From the human T2T-CHM13v2.0 reference genome, Homo sapiens, in assembly GCF_009914755.1 (NCBI RefSeq), contig NC_060944.1: a stretch of DNA of 64,000 bases; one strand, 5' to 3'. Shown here piece by piece: positions 36,550 to 54,766 of the stretch. Made by a program: the position numbers and the translations under genes. Under the pieces are notes generated by a model, which did not search any database, was not told the origin of the DNA, and saw nothing but the letters and a program-made list of their open reading frames with translations. The first letter of the stretch is position 1. Each line of letters starts with the position of its first letter.

Positions 36550-36899
36550 AAGGCTATATTCCTTTTCTGCCTCAAGCTGGAATGGGACCGGGAGGAAAGG
36601 TGGTCCCTACACTAGGAGGTGTCCCCTCACCCTAATTCCCAAATCCTTGAGGAAGAGGGAGAGAGGGGCCTCAACTGGTTCTAGTCGTGGCCTGAAGAGC
36701 ATCCAAGGGCATGAAGCAGGGGGTGTCTGCACCCCATGTGCCTGGAACTGGCCTCTCTGGAAAGCCAGCTGCACCAACTGGTCAGTGCCCTGTGGGGACC
36801 AGGCCCAACCAGGCTGGCTGCTGGAGCCCACCAGTGGGCCTGCGGTCAAGGGCCAACAACAGCTTCCAGACACTCCCCGTTATTTCTTTTAAGTGGTGT

Positions 36900-39680
<2,781 letters not shown>

Positions 39681-41924
39681 TCATGTGTTACCAAGAGCAG
39701 CATCCAAGAGCCTGCTAATGTGTTTCTCAGCAGAAAGGGCACTGTCCTGAGGTGGGGATAGGATCTTGGGAAGCAAACATGTCTCTTGCCCGTCTCTGCT
39801 TGTTTCTGACTGCTGGTATTTCAGGGTCAGGGTCACGATTAGGCATGTCTCCTTCTTAGCCTTCCTTCCAAGAGGCTTGGGGGAACCAGCGACAGTCCCC
39901 ACTCCACTCCTCAGGTGGGCTTCATTGCCTGCTGCCAGGAGCCCTCTTGTGGACAGAGCTGGACTTTCCCCCTGGGTTGCCACCATCCCTAAGCCAGATT
40001 CCTTTCCAGAGTACACACCAGCAGCTTTTCCTTCCCCTTCGCATCAGCATTTTCTCAGGCTGCCTTTCCACCCCATGAGTTAATATTTGCTAGGTTCCTC
40101 CTAGAGTTCCAGAAGTGATCGGGGATCAGTCTCCCCACCTTCTGAGGGCTGGCTCACCCAGGCCCTCGCACTGGGCTCGTCCTTGCTGCCCCGTCTGCCA
40201 TTTTGCAGGCCCCGAGGCCTGGCATTGTTCCTTCTTTTGGTGTAGCTGCCTCTACCTCCTCCAGCTGGGGCGGGTTTCTGCTACCGGAGGGTGTCCTCTC
40301 CCAGCGCTGTTTACTCCTGATGGCTAGCAGCTGTTGGTGCCAGGGAGTGGATCCCTCCTGCGTGACTCGGAGCAAGGCACTTATTCACTGAGCTTTTTCC
40401 TCCGTAAGCTGGGGATGCTAACGATGCCTATACCTCTGGGGTGTTGCGAGGGTAAAATGCAATCAACAACATGGGTATAGCCCCTAGCACAGGGCCTGGC
40501 ACCCAAGGCACCCCTGTAAACTGGTTGCTGCTATAACCTGTTTCTCTCCCCACCAATCTGTGGTTTCTTTGAGGATTGATCTTTGTGTCCAGCACTCTAT
40601 GTGGAGCCTGGTGTCCTGCTGAAGTAGTATGTTTCGAGAATAATTTTTTGAAGACCACCTAATTCTCAGTCCCTTTCGGCTCATAAGAGACTGTGTTAAG
40701 GGGACTTGTTAGGAGAGCTGTAGGGCATTGGCCACCATCTAGACTGTTGCTATCTCCAGCCTGGCCTGGCACTGAGCCAATCCCTGGGACAGGTTTGAAT
40801 ATTTACAGGTGAGTCACAGGTGCAGGTGTGAGGAAGGGGAGAGGACAGGTGCAGGGAGTGGGTGGAAGGGTGGGGGCGGCAGCTGGCCAATGAGCCCGGA
40901 GCTCTCCTGACTTCAGGGCTCTGCCTGCCCTTGACCGAGTGCTGTCACCAGCCCAGAACATTTGATCATCCCCAGCACCTGCCACAAAGCAGGTGCCCAG
41001 CGCAGGATTGGGAAAGGCGCCCCAGCACAATGGCACTCACCTGCTCCTTACAGTGGAAGCGTTTCTGTGGCGGACGGGTGGCTTGGGACAAAAGCCACAG
41101 ACAGGGTGACTGGGGTTGTAAATGGCCCAGCCTTGGCTGCCAGGACATGAAATTATGACCTTGATGCTGAAGGCAGTGGGTGCCATTGAAGGGTCTTGGC
41201 CAGAGGTGCGTTTTTCAAAATGGCAACATTTCGAAAGCCGCCTCTGGCTGTGTCTTTACAGGGAATGGACGGGGTGGGAGCCAGGTAAAGAAGTTGCTGC
41301 AGTCTTCCACGCCAGAGAGGACGGTGGCCCTGACTTGGGGGCTGGGGCGAGGCACAATGGTGGGGATGGCAGGCTACAGATGAGGTGGGCTCGTGAGATC
41401 GACAGACAAGGCAGAGGCTTGAGGGCTTCCTCCAGGTCCCCACAGCCCCAGCCCAGCTCAGACGTCTGTTCTGTGGCTGCAGCTCCAGCCATGTCTGCGC
41501 TCAGCTCCACCCCCACCCACTCCCTGTCTGGGACCCTCCTGTCTCCCTGTCACCTGCAAGACAACATTCCACTCCCATGCACCCGGCCTCCTCAGCTCGC
41601 CCCAGCCCTCACACTCCAAGGATCCCTTCTGCCCTCGCACCTGCCCGGAGACCTCTGCTCTACTTCCACAGCTCAAACCAAACACTGTCCTAAGAGGCCC
41701 CCTGACCCTGCTGGACATCCCTGCCTGCGTGCCCTCCTCTGCAGCTCCAGCTTTCAGGAGGGAGGACACAGCCTTTCTTATTAAAAATTGTAATAAAGAG
41801 GTGTCCACCTTCAGAACTGCACTGCAGGGCGAGGCAGGCAGGGTGCCCAGGGCACAAAAACTAAGGAGACGCCCACCACAGATAAGTCAGCCTGAGGGCT
41901 TGGGCATGTCTAAAGATGGCAGTG

Positions 41925-42533
41925 GGCTGGGCACAGTGGCTCATGCCTGTAATCCCGGCACTTTGGGAGGCCAAGGTGTGCAGATCACTTGGGGACAGCA
42001 GTTCAAGACCAGCCTGGCCAACATGGTGAAACCCCATCTCTACTAAAAATACAAAAAAAATTAGCCAGGTGTAGTTGTGTGTGCCTGTAATTCCAGCTAC
42101 TGGGGAGGCTGAGGCAGGAGAATCGCTTGAATTCAGGAGGCAGAGGGTCAGTGAGCCAAGATCGCACCACTGCACTCCAGGCTGGGCGACAGAGCAACTC
42201 CGTCTCAAAAAATAACAATAATAAATAAAGATGGCAGAGGGAAGTTTTTTTAGTTTTGAGGATTTGTTGCTACAGTTTTTGTGGAGGACAAAAGAAGCCT
42301 TTACAACACAGGACGTAAAGCAGGGCGATGTCCTCCTCAGCTGTCTTCTCTAACAAGACACACTGCCCAGCCTGGGCAACATGGCGAAACCCCCATCTCT
42401 ACAAAAATTAGCTGGGCGTGGTAGTGTGCGCCTGTAGTCCTTGGCTCACTGCAACCTCCGCCTCCTGGGCTCAAGCGATTCTCCTGCCTCAGCCTCCCAA
42501 GTAGCTGGAATTACAGGCACACACAACTACACC
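41925..42533. mobile_element. Alu (41925-42228 +) and chimeric +/- Alu fragment (42367-42533)
   Basis: Orientation switch at ~42440. Confidence 0.88.
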
Positions 42534-43634
42534 CGAACAAGCCTCAAGCCTGCTCAGAGCCCCATGTGGTTCAGATGGTGGCAGCACTTTCTAGGAGCTC
42601 CCAGAGATCTGGGAAGCGGGGTGGCGGGAGGACGGCCTGGCACTGGACTGGCCAGGGTGCCAGCAGGGACCTCTGTGCAGGTGGCCCAGGGAGCCAGGCT
42701 GGTGGAAGAAACTGTCTCCCACAGGGGCTGCCAGGGAGAAACCGCAGGGAAGACCCTGCCTGGAGTCCCAGATGGGAATGCCCACCCTGAACTGGTGCCA
42801 TCTGAGTTGCCTTGTAGCCAGGCCTCAGCCCAGTAAGGACCTGGCAACACCAGGGCGTTCAGGAACATGGAAAGGGCACTCAACCCACCGGCCACCCCCT
42901 CACCCCGAATTAAAGCCTCCCATGGCCTCCTTGGGATGTAGCACCTCAGAGGCCCAGCCTCACCCAGCCCTCTCCCCCTGGCACCCCCAGCTCAGCCCCG
43001 CTACTGGGTCACCCTTGGTTCAACCAGGCAAGCCCTCCTTCTCCTCAGAGCCCATGTGCCGTCTCCTCTGTCTGGAAAACTGACGCCAACACTCCCAGGC
43101 CAGGTCAAATGCCATCCTGTGCTTCTGTGGTGCCAGGGGCCTCCTCTTCAGAGCAGCTGCTTAGATGTCCCTCTTGGTCACCTCCCCTCCATGCCCCCAG
43201 TAATGGAGGGGGGCAGGAGGACACCCCCAGGGGCTAGTAGGACTGACTCAGCCATTGTCCAACTGGAACCACTCTATGTGGGGTGGCAGTGACAAGTCCA
43301 GCTTGGTGAGGACAGGTCTTCCCACAGGAGCGATCTGGGCCCAGAGGAGGCTCTGTGTGGGTGAAGCCAGAACCCCTATAAAACCTGCAGAGACACGTCA
43401 CCCCCTCCCTCAGGCAGGACCCAGCACCAGGGTGTGTCAGGGCCAGGGACCCTGAAGTGGGAAAACTTGCGTCAGCTCTTGTGAGCATCCACTCTGCGAG
43501 CGTGAGGGCACAAGGTGGGAACCCGGGGGCTTCCCAAGAGAGGTGCCCTGCCTGGAGCTTCTGGCCTGGGAGGCGCACAGGCCCCACAGCCCAGACCTGC
43601 GAGACAGGAGGCAACACTGGAAGGGACCACTGCC

Positions 43635-43640
43635 TTTATT
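43635..43640 (-). terminator. Polyadenylation signal of NECAB3
   Basis: TTTATT on + (AATAAA on -), ~720 nt past the NECAB3 stop. Confidence 0.75.
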
Positions 43641-44359
43641 GCCTCTGTGCTGGGGTCCCAGCCTGGGGTTCAGAGGCCTCTGGGGGCAATAGGTGACCCT
43701 GGACCCAAATTATTGCTACTTGGCCAGGTCACCTTGGGGCTTCCCATACTGCCCTGAGAATGGGTGGGATGAGGGCATGCAAACGATATGCAAATGACAT
43801 GCAAACCAACCCAGAGGCCTCTGGCACATCCATGGGTGCTGGAAGAGTCAGAGCCTAGTGGCCTGGGAGGGCGACGGGGCACCCAGCTCAGGCCCAGCCT
43901 CGGAGGCAAGGTTTGAGGGTTGGGGGGTCCCTGAGCATCAGCCCTGCTTCTGCCGCTGGCTGAGGAGGAGCAGAAGCCTGGTCCCAAGACAGCAGGAAGA
44001 AAGCAGGACCCTCGCTAGGCGGCCAGATGGCCTGAGGCCCACCCAGACAGGGACGGGACCTGCCCTGGGTCGCTCAGCCAGGCAGGGACAGCAGGGACCA
44101 GAATCCAGGTCTCCTGAGCCAGGCAGAAGCCAAAGTAGCTTGGAGGCTGAAGTGACAAACAATAAAATACAGGGATAAATAAATCAATAATAAATAGAAA
44201 GCAAGCAGCCCAGTCCCTGATCCCTGGGCTGAGAGCCCTTCCACCAGGCCCAAGTCCAGGAGGAGACAAGCCCTGGTCTTTGCGCTGGGCTGGCCAGTCC
44301 AGAAGGCTCCAGAGGGAGGCAGGCAGGGTCCCGGGGCCCTCGGCGTGTGCAGGTCTGGC

Positions 44360-44388
44360 TCAGTTGTTATTCATTATCCACCAGGAGG
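44360..44388 (-). CDS. NECAB3: NECAB3 exon 12 (last coding)
   Basis: ag|CC TCC TGG TGG ATA ATG AAT AAC AAC TGA = (A)SWWIMNNN*. Confidence 0.95.
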
Positions 44389-44472
44389 CTGGGGGTCAGA
44401 GGCAGGGGGTCAGGAGCCCTCAGGAGCCCACTGCCCCTCCAGGGCCACAGTGAGTGGGGGTCCACCGCATAC

Positions 44473-44564
44473 CTGGGAAGAACACAGTGGTGAGGGTGTC
44501 CGGGGCCCGCAGGTGGTCGATGAGGATGCGCTGGAAGGCCTTGCTGCCAGGCGACTGCTGGTGC
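44473..44564 (-). CDS. NECAB3: NECAB3 exon 11 (ABM-like domain)
   Basis: 92 nt, AG/GT; [30 protein letters not shown]. Confidence 0.95.
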
Positions 44565-45007
44565 CTGCAGAGACCCAGGCTACAGTGACCTCGCTCTCCC
44601 CACTCCCGCCCCATCCTGCTGCCAGGATCAGACCCCGGCCCTTCTCACACTGCCTCTGGAGCCTCAGTCCTCTCCCCTGTGACACGGGGAAGCTGTGTGG
44701 GTGGAATGAAGGGCACTGCACACGGTGCTTGGCATAGGCATTGTCACATACATGGTGACAAGTGTGTATTCACTGAGTGCCTCCTGTGTCCCTGTGCTGT
44801 ATTCAGCTCTTCCCAGTCACCTCCTTTAGCCCATAGGAGTTGGAACTGTTATCACTTCCATTTTGGAAAGGACTCGGGGGCTCGGGCAGGTGGGGTCACT
44901 CATCTGAGGTCACAGAGCCAGTGAGCGGGAGAGCAGAATTAGAACCCTGGCCTGACTCACTCCAGGGCCACATTCCATGGTGTTAGCGGCCAGACTGGCA
45001 CTCATAC

Positions 45008-45085
45008 CTTCTCCAGGAGGCCTCATCCTGCCAGAACTCATACAGGGTGAAGGAGGCACCGTCCAGCATCTTCTGGGCGGACACA
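45008..45085 (-). CDS. NECAB3: NECAB3 exon 10 (ABM-like domain)
   Basis: 78 nt; [25 protein letters not shown]. Confidence 0.95.
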
Positions 45086-45252
45086 CTGTAGGGCCAAAGA
45101 GATGGGCAGGCCAGGCCAGGGCTGCCACCACCTCTGCCTCCCCGGCCTGGGGCCTCATGGGAACCCTGACCCACCCAGGATGGCCAGCCCCAGCACCCCT
45201 CTCTGCTCACCCCCTCCCCACTGGCCATCCCACCTGCCAGCTGGGGACTCAC

Positions 45253-45365
45253 TGCAGACAATGGCTCTGGGCCCCTGTGAAGTCCACATAGCAGCGCAGG
45301 GCTCGGTGGAAGTCCTGCAGGCCTTCCTCTGCCACCTGGACCTGCCTCTGGGCCATGAGGATGTG
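45253..45365 (-). CDS. NECAB3: NECAB3 exon 9 (ABM-like domain)
   Basis: 113 nt; [37 protein letters not shown]. Confidence 0.95.
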
Positions 45366-46027
45366 CTGGTGGGAGAGGCAGCCGGTCAGCTGGTGCGGGG
45401 CCGGGCACAGGGGAGGGACTGGCTGTGGCCTCCAGGAGGTTCTCAGCTGTTTTTCTGTTTGTTTGTTTTTTAAGACAGGGTCTTGCTCTCACCCAGGCTG
45501 GAGTGCAGTGGTGTGTGGGATCACGGCTTACTGCAGCTTCTATCTCCCAGGCTCAAGTAATCCTCCCACCTTGGCCTCCCAAGGTGCTGGAATTACAGGC
45601 ATGAGCCATCACACCTGGCCCCTAGCCTTCTTGACTGATGCCAGATCCAACCTACCCTTTAGCTGGGTTCCTGCCGCCAACCTGCCCCCCAGCCTCCCTG
45701 TCTCCATCCTCTTCTCCCTGTCTCCAAGGGTGCTGCTTGATCCAGCCACTGTTCCTCCTCCTGCAGTATGCCACCACTTCCTTCCACCCTCCAGCTTCCG
45801 TCCACACTGCCCCAGACCTGGCTTTCGGAAATGCTGATGGGGAACCAAAGCCCAGAGAAAGGTGGTGGTTCCTGCAGGTTCTCAGAACCCGGCACCTGCT
45901 TGCCAGGCCTGGGGGCGGGGCACATGCGCACTGCAGAGGGTTGGTGGGCAACCGGCCCCATGAATCCCCAATTCATGAGCACCCCCAGACACGGCCATCC
46001 AGCCGCTTGCCCCTCTCCTGGGCTCAC

Positions 46028-46263
46028 CAAGTCAGGCCCCTTGGCCAGGTCCTCTTCACGCAGGGGTTCCAGCCGGGGGGCCTGTGAGGGCACAGAGTGT
46101 GGGCCGGGCCTCCAGCATGGGCCTGGCTCTGGTGGATACCAGGAGGGTCCTCCCTTGTGGGGCCCTGGCCCCACGGCCCTCACCTTGCACTCGAGCTGGT
46201 CGATGAGCTCCTGGAGGCGGTTCACCTGGAGCCGCCACTGCATCTCGGCCTCTGAGCTGCGCC
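46028..46263 (-). CDS. NECAB3: NECAB3 exon 8 (contains optional 102-nt in-frame intron 46082-46183)
   Basis: 236 nt; (G)[26 protein letters not shown][VRAV...VPSQ][18 protein letters not shown]. Confidence 0.93.
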
Positions 46264-46415
46264 CTGTGTGTGGGGCCCGTGCAGGGTCAGGCAGGGGCCT
46301 CTCAGGTCCCGCAGGTGCTCAGAATGAAGTGAGGGGCAGTGAAGGAGCGGGCCCTGGGGGAAGGGGGGATGCGGTGCCTGCCTCGGCCAGGCCTCCCACC
46401 CCACCCCAGGCGCAC

Positions 46416-46534
46416 CTGTGTCAGAAGAGCCGGGGGACCAGGTGGATGACCGGCTGACACTCCTCAGGGCTCGGCGTCCTGCCCGCCGGCTGCCGCAGAG
46501 CCTGCTCTGCGCCTCCACGCTCTCTGCATCTGAC
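46416..46534 (-). CDS. NECAB3: NECAB3 exon 7
   Basis: 119 nt; [39 protein letters not shown]. Confidence 0.94.
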
Positions 46535-46789
46535 CTAGAGGAAGTGAGGCTCACAGGGCCGAGGACTGGGGCCCCAGGACGGGATAAGCCTGGGTGGGGA
46601 AGACAAGCCTCCTGGGACTCCGAGGCCTAGCCCCAAAGCCAGTCTCATTTCACCCCGCCATGGCTACCCTGCCATGGCTTCCCCGCCCGAAAATGCAGGC
46701 TCCAGGATGCTGGGACTGTGGGGATTTGGAATGGGGGTACAATGGGCGCTTGTGCACTAGCCCCACAGGTTGACAGCACCCTTACATAC

Positions 46790-46926
46790 CGCCAGCCATG
46801 GGCCTGGGCCTCCAGGGTATCTGACGCCCCCTCCAGCGAGCTCTGAAGGGCTTGCAGCTGGCTCACCGTCTCCCGCAGCAGGAAGCGCGTCACAAACTGG
46901 TCCACTTTGGAGGCCCTCTCGTACTC
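46790..46926 (-). CDS. NECAB3: NECAB3 exon 6 (coiled coil)
   Basis: 137 nt; [45 protein letters not shown]. Confidence 0.95.
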
Positions 46927-48308
46927 CTGTGGGCCAAGGAGGGACGGTCAGCATCTCCCAGCCCGGGCACTGATCTCTTGAGTGGGTCCCCTGCCTCTTG
47001 CCCATCAGAGCAGCGGTGGCAGTGCCAAGAGCAGGGGCACGCAAACCTGGCACAGGCAGGAGGGTACTGAGACCTGATGGGCAGGGAGGGTCTGGATCCC
47101 TCCTTGTCCGGGACTGGCCTCCCTCCCCGGAGGTGTGAGGCCAACTCACAGGGGGCATCTGCCCAGCGAAGTGCCTGGCCTCTCTGGACCTCATGGCCCC
47201 TTCCCTGATGGGGCTACCACCTTCAGCACTGTCATAGCCAGTGAGTCCCAGCCACAGCTAGGCTGGGTGGGGGCTATCACGAGGTATCCAAGGGCCAATG
47301 TTGACACAAGGCAAAATAATGGCGTGGTGTGGCCCCAGACTCACAATCTACGTATTCACTCATTCATTCATTCACTCATACACACAACACTGGGTGCTTT
47401 TTACTAGGAGCTGCTGATAAAAGACAATCAGGTTGCCATTCTCACTCAGACACACACGCCGGCACTGACCCCAACCGACACTGCCAGCCTCCTCCCAGCC
47501 CCTCTCAGGGTGGCAGAGAGGCAGGGAGGCTGCCCAAATGCTAGGCCCTGCATGGCCCAGCATGGGATTCTGAGGCTCCTCAACAACCGTCAGTTCCTGG
47601 AGCTTCCATTTCCTCATCTATCAAACAGGAAAGATGAAACTCAGCACATGGAGCTGCAAGAACGTCCCAGGAGTTAATTCCTGCATAGGACTCAGCCCAG
47701 GGTCTGGCACGTAAGCTCTCGATGCCAGACCTACCAGCCATCTATCGTCAAGTGTAATACAATAAAGGGCCTGCCCACTTGTACACCCAGGAGTCACAGA
47801 TGTCCTGAGAATTGCCTAACCCCTACCACACACACACACACGCATCAGGGTGGGAGTCCTGGGGAGCTGCAGTCCAGGTGCCTGCCCTCTCCGAGGAGAC
47901 TCCAGAAGCCCCATCCATCAGAGACTTCATCTCCTGCCATGACCTGCCTCAGCTCAGCCATCGGATGGGACCTCCTGGGCCAGGCTTATGAGCTAGGAGA
48001 CAGGGACAGAGAAGAGGCTGGGTCTTTTCATTCTCAGACAGGCCAGGGTTTCTATCTCCATGAAATCTTCCCAAAAAATTCCTTTTTGGGTATTTGAGAT
48101 GATTAGTTTCTGTTGCTTTCAACCAGAGAACAGACAGAAGCACCCACTCAGAGCCAAGCACTACTGCAAGAAGAATTTCATTTAGTCTTTTGTTTTTCTG
48201 AGACAGAGTCTCACTGTATCACCCAGGCTGGAGTGAAGCGGCATGATCTTGGCTCACCGCAACCTCTGCCTCCCAGCTTCAAGCAATTCTCCTGCCTCAG
48301 CCTCTTGA

Positions 48309-48518
<210 letters not shown>

Positions 48519-48798
48519 TGACCCCATTTTGCAGATGAGAAAACAGGTCCAGAGAGGTTGATTACCTGGGCTAAGGTCACATAGCAAGTTAGTAGCAGGG
48601 CCAAAATTCATACCCAAACCACAGAAATCCCCCTCTATTCACCACTAAGCACCTTACATGCATTGCCTCATTTATGATCATTAGCCCAGTTTTACAGCTG
48701 AGAAACCAAGGCTAGAAGTGACTGAGTGGAGCCCAGATTCACCTGTGGGCCCTGGAAGGCGGTGCTCAGAGCCTGCAATTGGTGAGGTCAGCCCGTGA

Positions 48799-49113
<315 letters not shown>

Positions 49114-49839
49114 TAGGGGGTGAGGGAGGAATTCGAAAATCTCTCCCAAGGATGAGGATCCCAGGAGCCCATATGGGTGTGGATGGGGGTCCTTTCAAGG
49201 TGGCTCACGCCTGTAATCCCAACACGTTGGTAGGCCAAGGTGGGTGGATAACTTCAGCCCAGGAGTTTGAGATTGGCCTGGGCAACATAGGGAGGCCCCA
49301 TCTCTACAAAAATTAAAACTTAGCTGGTTGTGGTGGTGAATGCCCGCAGTCCCAGCTACTCAGAAGACTGAGGTGGACTACGTGAGCCCAGGAGGTCAGG
49401 GATGCAGTGAGCCGTTGACAGCACCACTGCTCCAGCCTGTAGGACACAGCAAGACCCTGTTTGACTCAGTCTTAAACAAAAAAAGCCCAGAAGGGAGGGC
49501 AGAGATTCCAGAACCAGAAAGTGGATGAGACTTGAGAGCCCCGGGGGGTGAGCATGAGTGGGATTCTCTCCCAACCCTGGACGAACGGGTGGAGATCCCA
49601 ACACGGAGAATCAGTTCTAGTTGGTACTACTGGAGCTAGAGGCAGGGGGAATTCCCTAGTGTCCTCTCTTCAGCTCCTAGGCTCAGAACTTCCCTGTCTC
49701 CCTCTCAAATGAGCAGAAGCCCTGGACCAGGCGGGGGTGGGAGGTGCTGAAAGCCCCTGACATAGGGCCTGGAAGGGATCTCATAAACTTAGACGGAGCT
49801 GGTCTCAGGAAGTCAGCCTGGGATGGATGAGGGTTTCCA

Positions 49840-50560
<721 letters not shown>

Positions 50561-53199
50561 TGGAGCCAGGGCTGTCTTTTGCTTTCTCCTTCCTTGTGCC
50601 AAGGGTCAGAACAGAACCCCAAACCTTGCTACAGTGGCGGGAGGCAGTTTCCTTCCCCCAACACTCCAAATCCAGGTCACATCCTGCCCAGTCTGCAGGC
50701 TCAAGGGAGGTGGGCTTGGGCAAACCCAGGCTTGGCCACGCTAGTGAGAGGGACCTGCTTCCGGTAAAGCCTGACATCCCCCCAGCATCCAGAAATCCCT
50801 CTTAGGCATGAGGGAGGGTTCCCGGCCAACAGGCACCATCCTGGGTAAGAACAGCCAGGATGGCAGTCAGCTGGGGCAAGGCCTGAGACGTGGATTCTGC
50901 CTGGGGACGCACCCAGGAGAAGCTGGAAGCCCTGGGCCTCTCTCTGGCCCCTCACTCCTACACATTGTGCTTGGTAACCCCAAAGCATTCAGGCCCCCCA
51001 GTCTTCCCCAAGGCACCTGTCTCCCAACCTACCCTGTCCCATCTCCTTCCCCACGTGACAAAGACTAATTCCAAACCACTTACCTGTCTAGGGCAGCTCA
51101 CTCCCCTGCTCATAAGCTTTCAACAGGTCTCCATTACCAACAGGGAAAAAGCCCACAGCTTCAGTCTCACTCCCCAAATCACTTAGAAGAAGCCCTGCCA
51201 CACTTTCTGTGGGCGGGATCCTGCTGCTGCTTCTCCTCACTCTCCCGGGTCCCAAATCCAGCTCCACACCCAATGCCACCCCTGGCCTGCCAAACCTGCA
51301 GCCCGCCTTCCTGCCACACTCTGGTGACCAACCTCAGGATGCCCTCTTTTGGGGGCAGATGCAGCAGGACTGAAGTCCCAGCTCACTACAGCCATCAGCC
51401 CAGCTTCTGCTGAAGATGCACTTTTGTCACCGCCACCAGGATGAACATCTCCTCCACCTTGCCTGCACCAGGCTGGAGGCTGCAAGAGCTATAACATCAC
51501 TCCTGCTAATTGTGAGAACTGACTCTTCCCTACCATCCACATGGTTACAATCAGGGTAACCATGTTCTTCCATGGGGCTGCACCTCCTGCCCATACAGTG
51601 ATTGGCCCAAGCTGGTCCTGTCAGCCCCTCCCCCTAGGACTGTGATTCAGGAGCTGTAAGAGACCATGTTCTCTACTTGAACATGCACAGGCTAAGCCAG
51701 CCTTCAGAATAAAAACACAATGCAGGCCAAGCGCAGTGGATCACGCCTGTAAACCCAGCACTTTGGGAGGCTGAGGCAGGCAGATCACGAGGTCAGGAGA
51801 TCGAGACCATCCTGGCTAACACGGTGAAACCCCGTCTCTACTAAAAATACAAAAAACTAGCCAGGCATCATGGCGGGCGCCTGTAGTCCCAGCTACTCGG
51901 GAGACTAAGGCAGGGGAATTGAACCCAGGAGGCAGAGGTTGCAGTGAGCTGAGATCACACCACTGCACTCCAGCCTGGGCAAGAGAGCGAGACTCCATCT
52001 CAAAAAACAAACAACACAATGCAGTGCACATCCTGGGTTCCCCACAGCCCCGCAGTCAGATTCTGTTCCTGAAACCTGATTTCACCCTTGCTCTTGATAT
52101 CCATAACATGTAAGATCCTTTCAATAAAGTCCTTATTTTGGGTTACATTCACCTGAGTCTTCTACCTGCAACCAAACTGGTCCTCAGGAGGATGAGGCTT
52201 TGCAGAGACAAGAAGTGACCTCTTTCCTGTGTGGGGGGATTATTACTACCTTTTGGAGGAGAAAACCGAACCCAGAGAAAGATCAAGACTTGCTTAGGAC
52301 TGCACAGTGAGTCAGCTTCAGAACTGAGTCTTGCTGGGTGCGGTGGCTCACACCTGTAATCCTAGCACTTTGGGAGTCCAAGGCAGGTGGATCACCTGAG
52401 GTCAGGAGTTCGAGACCAGCCTGGCCAACGTGGCGAAACCCTGTCTCCACTAAAAATACAAAAATTAGCCGCGTATGGTGGTGCATGCCTGTAGTCCCAG
52501 CTACTCAGGAGGCTGAGGCAGGAGAATCACTTGAACTCGGAAGGCAGAGGTTGCACTGAGCTGAGATTGCAACGCTGCACGCCCAGCCTGGGTGACCGAG
52601 ACTCCGTCTCAAAAATAATAATAATAAAAAAAAGAACTGAGTCTCAAACTGAGGCCCACGTGAATCCATCCGTGGAAGCCCATAAAGGTAGGGCCAGAGC
52701 CTCTCGGGGGCTCTTCAGGGAAGCTGCAGATCTGTGATGAAAAAGCTTTTTCTTCAGCACTGGGAGGGGTAGGGGGCCACACATCTGGACAGAGTACATC
52801 AGATAATTCTAAGTGGTTTGGGAAAGGAATCAGACTGTGCTGGGCTGCTGAAGCCAGACCCCTGGATGCCAAAATCACTGCCCTTGGCTCTGTCCAGAAG
52901 AGAGGATGGGTCCAGGGAGTTGTCATAAGGTAGGGAGCTGCGAAGTGCAGCTGCTGGGGAGTGAGGTCACAATGAGCCCAATCCAAGTTCTTTTCTGCCT
53001 TCTGACCAGCCCCTCCCCTCTCCACAACCAGGAACTTCCGTCAAGCCCAGGTGAGAGGTGCCAGGAGGCTGCCTGGGTCCTCAAGGGGGATATATGTCCA
53101 AATGGCCTTACCACAAGGCCCCTTCGCCCTCAAAGTTCTGCTCCTCCCGGGGGCTTCTTAGGATCTAAAAGGATCAGTCCTAGCCATCTCGTCAGCCAT

Positions 53200-54766
<1,567 letters not shown>

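Noticed and set aside
41122-41784. 220-aa intergenic ORF
   Set aside because: No homology recognised, no splice or poly(A) support; compatible with chance in GC-rich DNA.
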